Origin: an uncultured bacterium
GTDB taxonomy: Bacteria > Abyssobacteria > SURF-5
Direction: 5' to 3'
Assembly: GCA_964607485.1 (NCBI GenBank)
Contig: CAZSKP010000008.1
Location: 69,168-133,167 of the forward strand
Length of the DNA stretch: 64,000 nucleotides
Shown: piece by piece, positions 57,226 through 64,000 of the stretch
How the letters are laid out: every line of letters starts with the position of its first letter
Numbering within the stretch: the first letter of the stretch is position 1
Notes under the pieces: generated by a model
What the model was told of the DNA's origin: nothing
What the model saw: the letters and a program-made list of their open reading frames with translations, nothing else
The model's database searches: none
Program-made: the position numbers and the translations under genes

Positions 57226-58260
57226 TCATTCAGCCGTCCGATTTGTCACCAGGATTTTTTTGGGGCGGGCCGCCGGCCGTTTCTTCTTCGCCTTGGTCTT
57301 GGCGGAAGGCGAATAGGTTTCGACCCTGTTGCGCCCTTTTCGCTTGGCGGCATACAGGGCGTCGTCGGCCATTCGGAGGAAATCGTTCGCGTCGGCGGGC
57401 CCGTGAGCGGGCAGGTTGCAGAGTCCTATGCTCAGGGTGATGCTCGTCTGTTTCCGGCCGAGCTTGAAGACGGTGTCCTCGACGGAGGTGCGCAGCCGGT
57501 TGGCCACGACGAGCGCCCCCGCCAGCATCGTGTGGGGGAGAACTATGAAGAATTCCTCGCCCCCGACACGCGTGCACACGTCGCCGTGCCGGAGGGTGCG
57601 GACGAGGAGCTTTGCCAACCGCTTGAGCACAATGTCGCCCGCGGGATGTCCGAACCGGTCGTTCACGGCCTTGAACCGGTCGATGTCGAGCATCATGCAG
57701 GAGATCGGCAGGGAATACCTCTTGGACCGCTCGAACTCTTCGCTCAGTCTCTCCTTCAGGTAGCGTCGATTGTAGAGGCCGGTGAGGTCGTCGGTCATGA
57801 TGAGCTGGGCCGTTCTCTTCGACGCCTTCTCCATTCGAATTTCGAGTTCGCGAGCATATTCCCGCATCGATTTTTCCGCCGCCTTCACGATGTCCGACTG
57901 CGTCACCAAGCCTATGAGCTCGTTGTGCTCGTTGACGACGGGGAAACGCCTGAATCCTTCCTTGCGCATGAATTTTATCGCGTTCTCCACGCTGGTGGTT
58001 TCCTTCAACGTGCATGCGGGCGAGCTCATGACGTCCTGAGCGAGAGTGGAATTGTTGATCTTCTTTTTCGACACCAGCCGGACGATATCCCGTTCGCTGA
58101 GGATGCCTACCGGCTTGTGGTCGTCGACGATGATCGCGCAGCTAATCTTTCTGCGCGCCATTTCGGACATAATCTTTGTCAGCTTTTCCGTTCTCTTGCC
58201 GGTATAGACGTTTCGGACGACAAGCTTTGCGAGGCTATTATCCAACATGTGTTCCTCCAA
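57226..58260 (-). CDS. Diguanylate cyclase with tandem CBS domains (CBS-CBS-GGDEF)
   Basis: Two CBS modules then RVGGEEFFIVL (GGEEF); Lys-rich C-terminal tail. Confidence 0.8.
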   Translation of the reverse strand: MEEHMLDNSLAKLVVRNVYTGKRTEKLTKIMSEMARRKISCAIIVDDHKPVGILSERDIVRLVSKKKINNSTLAQDVMSSPACTLKETTSVENAIKFMRKEGFRRFPVVNEHNELIGLVTQSDIVKAAEKSMREYARELEIRMEKASKRTAQLIMTDDLTGLYNRRYLKERLSEEFERSKRYSLPISCMMLDIDRFKAVNDRFGHPAGDIVLKRLAKLLVRTLRHGDVCTRVGGEEFFIVLPHTMLAGALVVANRLRTSVEDTVFKLGRKQTSITLSIGLCNLPAHGPADANDFLRMADDALYAAKRKGRNRVETYSPSAKTKAKKKRPAARPKKILVTNRTAE

Positions 58261-58374
58261 CCACCGAAATGATAAATCCGGGTCGTGATGAACTTGCCGG
58301 GCGACGAATGAGCTATTTTAGCAAGAACCGACGGGAAAAATCAATGAACGCTTTATCCTAACCATAAACCTCTG

Positions 58375-58403
58375 TTGACTTTGAAAATTGCCGAATGTAT
58401 AAT
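58375..58403 (+). promoter_or_regulatory. Sigma70-like promoter TTGACT-17-TATAAT upstream of uppS
   Basis: Near-consensus hexamers, 17-bp spacer, ~60 bp upstream of ATG 58463. Confidence 0.45.
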
Positions 58404-58462
58404 GAAGCGCGGAAACTATCCCCCACTTTGTTTGTCCCGGAATCAGAAATCTCCGTTGAGCA

Positions 58463-59251
58463 ATGGCGAAATCTCTGAAAAAGACTGAAAAATTTCAGGG
58501 TCCCGAGAAACCCATACCGCCGGCGCTGAAATCGCAGGTAGACCTTGCGCGGGTGCCGACACACGTGGCCGTCATCATGGACGGCAATGGCAGATGGGCG
58601 CACAAGAGGGGGCTGCCGCGGGTGGCCGGTCACCGCGCCGGCGCAAACACCGTTCGCGAAGTTGTCGAGGCGGCGCGCGAGCTCGGGATTCGGTACCTGA
58701 CGCTGTACACGTTTTCCAGGGAAAATTGGAAGCGTCCGAAACAGGAGATCCGGGCTCTGATGGGCCTGCTGCGAAAATACATGAAGGACGAATTGGAGGA
58801 AATGCTCCACTACGGCATCGGGATGAGGGTCATGGGCCGCATCGAGACGCTGCCGCCGAAGCTGAGGGCTGAGATACAGGACACCGTCGCGAAGACTTCG
58901 CATTGCGACAAGATGACCGTCATCCTTGCGCTCAGTTACAGCGGGCGGATGGAGATAGTGGACGCAGCCCGCAAGATGGCCGCTCGCTGTCAGGCGGGGG
59001 AGCTGAAGCCGTCCGACATAGATGAGAAACTGTTCGCCGAGCACCTGTACATGCCCAAATGTCCGGAGCCCGACCTTCTCATCCGCACGAGCGGAGAATA
59101 CAGGTTGAGCAACTTTATGCTGTGGCAGCTCTCGTACTCGGAGATATACATCACGCCGACCTTGTGGCCCGATTTCACCAAAGAAGACTTTTGCCGCGCC
59201 ATCATTGATTATCAAAAGAGGGACCGCCGTTTCGGAGGGGTTTCCCTTTGA
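58463..59251 (+). CDS. uppS: Isoprenyl transferase (undecaprenyl-diphosphate synthase)
   Basis: HVAVIMDGNGRWA, FSRENWKRP motifs. Confidence 0.9.
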   Translation: MAKSLKKTEKFQGPEKPIPPALKSQVDLARVPTHVAVIMDGNGRWAHKRGLPRVAGHRAGANTVREVVEAARELGIRYLTLYTFSRENWKRPKQEIRALMGLLRKYMKDELEEMLHYGIGMRVMGRIETLPPKLRAEIQDTVAKTSHCDKMTVILALSYSGRMEIVDAARKMAARCQAGELKPSDIDEKLFAEHLYMPKCPEPDLLIRTSGEYRLSNFMLWQLSYSEIYITPTLWPDFTKEDFCRAIIDYQKRDRRFGGVSL

Positions 59252-60117
59252 GTGAGGGAACGAAGAGCCGGAAGGCGAGGTACATCTCAGCCGCGGTCGG
59301 CATCCCGGTCGGAGTCGGCAGTTGCCTCTTTTTCCCCTCGTTTTTCGACCTGATGGCCGTCGTCCTCATCAACGTGGGCGTGGTTGAGTTCTACGCCATG
59401 GCCCGGCACCGGGGATTTTCGCCCCACAGCATCATCGGCACCTCATGCTCGGTCGCCGTCTGTCTGCTCGCGTGGGTGGGAAGCCCGATCGACATGCTCT
59501 ATTGGCTCGCGGCGTCCGTCATCATCATTTGCACGTTCGCCATGGCGCGGAACATCCGCGACGCGATGGCCAACGCATCCGTCACGGTGTTCGGCATACT
59601 GTACGTCGGATGGTTCTGCAGCCATGTGATTCTGCTCCGCCGGCTCTCGCTCCCGCACAGCGAGGCGGCCATCGACTTCGGGGGCGCGGGGTATGTTATA
59701 ATGATATTGATACTGCTCTGGTTGGGCGACGGCGGCGCGTTTTTCGCGGGAACCACCTGGGGACGTCACAAGTTGGTTCCGGAGGTCAGCCCGAACAAGA
59801 CGGTCGAGGGCTCGCTCGGGGGCATCGCGATGACGCTCATAGGAGCGCTGCTCGTGAAGGACGCGGGCCGGCTGCTTGGCGCTTTTGATATTGCCCTCTT
59901 CCCCGACATGAGCTATGGATGGTATCTGCTGGTTGGATTGGGAGTCTCCGTCGCCGGGCAGATAGGCGACCTGTGCGAGTCGTACCTCAAGCGGGACGCC
60001 GGGCTGAAGGACACGGGAAACCTGCTGCCGGGCCACGGCGGTTTCCTCGACCGGTTCGACAGCCTGCTTTTCGCTGCGCCGTTGTTTTATTATTTCTTGA
60101 AATTCGCGAACCCGTAA
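59248..60117 (+). CDS. cdsA: Phosphatidate cytidylyltransferase
   Basis: Polytopic; C-terminal CDS signature GDLCESYLKRDAGLKDTGNLLPGHGGFLDRFDS; 4-bp overlap with uppS. Confidence 0.85.
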   Translation: MSEGTKSRKARYISAAVGIPVGVGSCLFFPSFFDLMAVVLINVGVVEFYAMARHRGFSPHSIIGTSCSVAVCLLAWVGSPIDMLYWLAASVIIICTFAMARNIRDAMANASVTVFGILYVGWFCSHVILLRRLSLPHSEAAIDFGGAGYVIMILILLWLGDGGAFFAGTTWGRHKLVPEVSPNKTVEGSLGGIAMTLIGALLVKDAGRLLGAFDIALFPDMSYGWYLLVGLGVSVAGQIGDLCESYLKRDAGLKDTGNLLPGHGGFLDRFDSLLFAAPLFYYFLKFANP

Positions 60118-60153
60118 GGCCGACATCACAAACCAGTCTGGAGATGAAAGACC

Positions 60154-61255
60154 ATGTGCGTTGAATGTAAAGAGCGAATAGAGGCGATCCGAAAAAGCAT
60201 CAAGGAAGTGAGTGATTGCCTTTGACCCAGCCTCGGTCGAGAACGAGATAGAAGCACTCGAGAAGAGGGTCAGCGCCCCCGATTTCTGGAACGACGCCGA
60301 CTCCGCCCAGAAGGCGTTGAAGAAGCTGAGCTCCCTCAAGGCGTCGCTCCAGCAGGTCGAAACGCTTGACGGCCGCCGGAGAGAACTCGCCGAACTCATA
60401 GACCTCACGGAACAAGAGGCCGACCTGTCGCTCGAATCGGAGATCAGGGCCAGCCTGGACGAACTGGAAAAGGAAGTCGGCGAGTGGGTCCGCCTCAGCA
60501 TGCTCAACGGCGAGACCGACCCCAACGACGCCATCGTCACCATCCATTCCGGAGCCGGCGGGACTGAGTCGTGCGACTGGGCCGCCATGCTCCTCAGGAT
60601 GTACACGCGCTGGGCCGAGCAACACGGATACGCGACCGAAATTGTCGATTCCATCGAGGGAGACGAGGCGGGCATAAAGAGCGTCACCCTCACCATCAGC
60701 GGCCCGTACGCCTACGGATACCTCAAGAGCGAGGACGGAGTTCACCGGCTGGTTCGGATATCCCCGTTCGACGCCAACAAGCGACGCCACACCTCCTTCG
60801 CCTCCGTCGAGGTGATAGCGGAAGTCGAAGACGACATCGTCGTCGATATCAACGATGCCGACCTTCGCGTGGATACGTACAGGGCCAGCGGCGCGGGCGG
60901 CCAGCACGTGAACAAGACGAGCTCCGCCGTCAGGATAACGCACATGCCGACCGGCATCGTGGTGCAGTGTCAGAACGAAAGGTCGCAACACAAGAACCGG
61001 GCCATGGCGATGAAGCTTCTGCGCGCGAAGATTTACGACCACTACGAGAAGAAGCGACAGGCCGAGCTTGCCGCTCAGCGGGGCAAACAGGAAGAAATCG
61101 CCTGGGGCAGCCAGATACGCTCTTACGTGTTGCAGCCGTATCAAATGGCGAAGGATCACCGCACCGGGATAGAAATCGGGAATGTGAACGCCGTCCTCGA
61201 CGGCGACATCGACCCGTTCATCAGCGGCTATTTGCAGAAGCAGTTCGCGAAATAG
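60154..61255 (+). CDS. prfB: Peptide chain release factor 2 with programmed +1 frameshift
   Basis: Frame 0 ATG(60154)...CTT TGA(60220-60225), then +1 frame GAC CCA... continuing to SGAGGQHVNKT; canonical CTT TGA C shift site with upstream SD-like AAGGAAGTGAG. Confidence 0.85.
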
Positions 61256-61318
61256 GCTCAAACGTGTTCTTCTGATAATTAGTCCGCGACAGAGACGGCT
61301 TTTCGCTTTCTAGTTTCC

Positions 61319-61347
61319 TTGACACCCCGAGCATCGGAAACTATAAT
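61319..61347 (+). promoter_or_regulatory. Consensus sigma70-like promoter TTGACA-17-TATAAT upstream of lysS
   Basis: Exact -35 and -10 hexamers with 17-bp spacer. Confidence 0.5.
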
Positions 61348-61379
61348 GGCGTCCGGGAATACCCCGAAGGGCGCGCTCG

Positions 61380-62873
61380 ATGGAACAAAAACAGGATTTA
61401 TACAGGCAGCGTCTCGAAAAGCTCGCTCGCATACGCGAGGCGGGGGAAGAGCCGTTCAAATACTCCTATCCCCGCACGCATACGGTCGAACGGGCTTACG
61501 AAGACTACGAAAAGCGCAAAGACGACGACTCCGGCGTTCGCGTGAAACTGGCCGGCAGGCTGGTCGCGCTGCGTTTGCATGGCAAGAGCACCTTCGCCGA
61601 CCTGCGGGACGATACGGGCAAAATCCAGCTCTTCTTCGGGCTGCAAGATCTGGGTGAAAAGCGGTACGAGTTCCTCACCAAGCTGGTGAACATAGGCGAT
61701 TTTCTCGGAGTCGAGGGAAGCGTCTTCACCACTCGCACGAAGCAGGTAACGGTCAGGGTGGAAGATTTCTCGCTGCTGTCGAAAACGCTCCGGCCGCTGC
61801 CCGAGAAATGGCACGGCCTCAAGGACGTGGAGATTCGTCTGCGCCAACGGTACCTCGACCTGCTGTCGAACGACGAAGTGAAGACCGTGTTCCGCAGGCG
61901 CAGCCAGGTGATAAAGAGCATCAGGGATTTCCTCGACGCGCGCGGATACATCGAGGTCGAGACGCCCATGCTTCATCCCATCCCCGGCGGCGCGACGGCG
62001 AGGCCGTTCGTAACTCACCACAACGCGCTCGACAGAGACCTCTACCTCAGGGTCGCCCCGGAGCTTTACCTGAAGCGGCTCCTGGTGGGCGGCTTCGAGA
62101 AGGTGTACGAGATAAATCGCAACTTCCGCAACGAGGGCCTCTCCCAGCGGCACAATCCTGAGTTCACGATGCTGGAGCTCTACCACGCATACGTGGACTA
62201 CGAAGCCGTCATGGAACTCGTCGAGGAGATGATAAACCACGTGGTGAAGGCCGTCACTGGCGGCCACACGCTGGTGTATCAGGGCAGCGAGATAAACCTC
62301 CGGCCGCCCTGGCCGAGGGTGGCGTTTTTTGAAGCCATACGCGAATACGCGGGCGTCGATATGGAGACGGTCGCCGACGCAGCCGCGGCGCGCGAGGCCG
62401 TCGCGCATCTGAAACTTGAAATGGAAGAAAATGCCGGTTACGGAAAAATCTGCGACGAGCTTCTGAAGACGTACGTCGTCCCCAACTTGATTGCGCCCAC
62501 GTTCATAATAGACCACCCCGTCGAGCTCTCGCCGCTCACGAAGGGGAAAAGGGACAACCCCCGGCTCACCGAACGGTTTCAGCCGTACATCGGAGGGCTG
62601 GAGATAGGAAACGCCTTCTCCGAACTGAACGACCCGCTGGAGCAGAGGACGAGGTTCGAGCAGCAGATGAAACTCCGCGAAGGCGGCGACGACGAAGCTC
62701 AGACGCTCGACGAAGATTTCCTCGCCGCGCTCGAATACGGCATGCCGCCGGCGGGCGGGCTCGGAATCGGGATCGACAGGCTGGTGATGTTGTTGACGGA
62801 TTCCGCAACGATAAAAGAGGTCATATTGTTCCCCCAGCTCAGGACGGTTTCCGACACGGTCACAGAGGAGTGA
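61380..62873 (+). CDS. lysS: Lysine--tRNA ligase (class II)
   Basis: Class II motifs (…FRNEG…, …GGLGIGIDRLVML…), N-terminal anticodon-binding OB domain. Confidence 0.9.
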   Translation: MEQKQDLYRQRLEKLARIREAGEEPFKYSYPRTHTVERAYEDYEKRKDDDSGVRVKLAGRLVALRLHGKSTFADLRDDTGKIQLFFGLQDLGEKRYEFLTKLVNIGDFLGVEGSVFTTRTKQVTVRVEDFSLLSKTLRPLPEKWHGLKDVEIRLRQRYLDLLSNDEVKTVFRRRSQVIKSIRDFLDARGYIEVETPMLHPIPGGATARPFVTHHNALDRDLYLRVAPELYLKRLLVGGFEKVYEINRNFRNEGLSQRHNPEFTMLELYHAYVDYEAVMELVEEMINHVVKAVTGGHTLVYQGSEINLRPPWPRVAFFEAIREYAGVDMETVADAAAAREAVAHLKLEMEENAGYGKICDELLKTYVVPNLIAPTFIIDHPVELSPLTKGKRDNPRLTERFQPYIGGLEIGNAFSELNDPLEQRTRFEQQMKLREGGDDEAQTLDEDFLAALEYGMPPAGGLGIGIDRLVMLLTDSATIKEVILFPQLRTVSDTVTEE

Positions 62874-62876
62874 TGA

Positions 62877-64000
62877 ATGCGGTTCGAGCTCTTTGTGGGA
62901 TTCCGCTATCTCAGGGGGAAGCGCAGGAACGCGTTCATCTCGCTCATCACGCTCTTCTCCATATTCGGAGTGATGATAGGGGTGATGACGCTTATCGTGG
63001 TGCTCGGAGTGATGACGGGCTTCGACAAGAGGCTGTTCAAGACGGTGCTCGGAACGACATCGCACATCGTGGTGAGCGCCGACGGCGGCATCGAGAATTA
63101 CGAGCACCTGATACGCGAGCTGAAGGCCATGCCGCAAGTAGTGGAGGCCGCGCCGTTTTTCGCGGGCCAGGTGCTCATCCGCTCCGACGACAGCGTGCTC
63201 GGCGCCGCCATACGGGGAGTCGTCCCCAAGGAAGAACAGAAGGTGTCCGACTTCGCCCAGTACCTCAGCGGAACCCTGACCGACGACGGCATAGTATTGG
63301 GCACAGAACTTGCAAGACAATTACACGTTACGCCCGGCGACACCGTCAAGGTGATTTCGCCCTACTTCGTTTCCACTCCGATGGGCGAGGTACCATATAA
63401 GAAAACGCTTGAGGTGACTGGACTTTACACTTCCGGGATGTACGAGTACGACGCCTCGTTCTGCTTTGTCACGCTTGCGCAGGCGCAGCGCCTTTTCGGG
63501 GTCGAGGGAACAATCGCGGGCATCGAGGTGAAGATAAAAGACCCGTTCAAGGCCGGGACGGTCGCCCTGGAGATTTCGAGGAAGCTGGGGAAAAACTACT
63601 GGGCCAGGAGCTGGATGGACCTGAACCGGACGTTTCTGGCCGCTCTCAGGCACGAAAAAATTATCATGGCGGTCATACTCGTGCTCATCATCGTGGTGGC
63701 GGCGTTCAACATCGCCAGCACCCTCATAATGGTCGTCATGGAGAAGACGCGCGACATCGGCATACTGAAATCGATAGGCGCCTCGATGACAAGCATTAAG
63801 CTGATCTTCGTCATAGACGGCCTGCTGGTGGGGGCTATCGGAACCTTCTTCGGCGTGACGCTGGGCTATGCACTTGCTAATTCCCTCGATTCGGTGGTAA
63901 ACTTTATGGGGAGGGTTGCAGGTATCGAACTCTTTCCCAGCACGATATATTACTTCGACAAGATACCGGTCGACACGAGCGTTTTCGACACATGTTGGAT
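62877..64000 (+). CDS. lolE: Lipoprotein-releasing system permease LolC/LolE (FtsX-like), 3' end outside window
   Basis: MRFELFVGFRYLRGKRRNAFISLITL... N-terminus, open to the window end; absent from the ORF track (no stop); overlaps lysS stop (TGATGAATG). Confidence 0.8.
   Translation, partial: MRFELFVGFRYLRGKRRNAFISLITLFSIFGVMIGVMTLIVVLGVMTGFDKRLFKTVLGTTSHIVVSADGGIENYEHLIRELKAMPQVVEAAPFFAGQVLIRSDDSVLGAAIRGVVPKEEQKVSDFAQYLSGTLTDDGIVLGTELARQLHVTPGDTVKVISPYFVSTPMGEVPYKKTLEVTGLYTSGMYEYDASFCFVTLAQAQRLFGVEGTIAGIEVKIKDPFKAGTVALEISRKLGKNYWARSWMDLNRTFLAALRHEKIIMAVILVLIIVVAAFNIASTLIMVVMEKTRDIGILKSIGASMTSIKLIFVIDGLLVGAIGTFFGVTLGYALANSLDSVVNFMGRVAGIELFPSTIYYFDKIPVDTSVFDTCW

Noticed and set aside
62870-63400. 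Track ORF 62870-63400 (+, 176 aa, MMNAVRALCG...)
   Set aside because: Wrong frame. The overlapping frame starting ATG 62877 encodes a clean LolC/LolE permease N-terminus (MRFELFVGFRYLRGKRRN) open to the window end.
1-64000. Searched intergenic regions for tRNA/rRNA genes, integrases, IS transposases, cas genes and preQ1/other riboswitch leaders
   Set aside because: No cloverleaf-compatible 70-90-nt segments, no rRNA-like stretches. The only transposase-like sequence is the disrupted RAYT. Nothing riboswitch-like recognised upstream of queD.

Overview
This is a 64-kb GC-rich chromosomal segment from a diderm (Gram-negative-type) bacterium, probably an uncultured lineage; BamD, LptE, LolE, TonB/ExbB/ExbD and MurJ are all present. 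By eye I count about 56 protein-coding genes and found no rRNA, tRNA, CRISPR array or integrase. The core backbone includes uvrB, lysS, prfB (with the classic +1 frameshift site CTT TGA C), holA, rpsT, murJ, ispE, uppS, cdsA, a complete preQ0 operon (queD-queE-queC-folE2), tonB-exbB-exbD, two acyl-CoA synthetases, an acyl-CoA dehydrogenase and an enoyl-CoA hydratase. The ORF track misses a 3'-truncated lolE/lolC-like permease at 62877 to the window end. On top of this sits a dense repeat layer. (i) A MITE-like inverted-repeat element with ends GTCATYCTGAGCGAAGCGAAGRATCTC...GAGATTCTTCGCTKCGCTCAGAATGAC occurs in seven copies, and copies bracket both the penicillin-acylase-family gene and the glycyl-radical-enzyme gene. 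(ii) A REP family beginning with the conserved GTAG tetranucleotide (GTAGGGGC...GCCCCTAC) occurs in three copies, and a cognate REP-associated tyrosine transposase gene is split by a doublet of its own REPs. (iii) The Cu-ATPase gene is bracketed by a diverged duplication of the last ~17 codons of murJ, an insertion scar. (iv) There are three AT-rich islets carrying lipoproteins, a PIN-like/Zn-ribbon pair and a DUF3800 protein. The candidates for undescribed biology are: a promoter-plus-terminator-delimited ~95-nt structured RNA convergent with the DUF3800 gene; an FHA / DUF4034-like / RDD envelope three-gene module; a TetR regulon with two near-identical palindromic operators; a radical SAM protein with an unusual Cx4Cx2C motif paired with a HAD hydrolase; and a glycyl radical enzyme with no activase in the window. 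Most coordinates were counted by hand from the printed sequence and can be off by 1-2 nt. Product names rest on motif recognition, not database searches.
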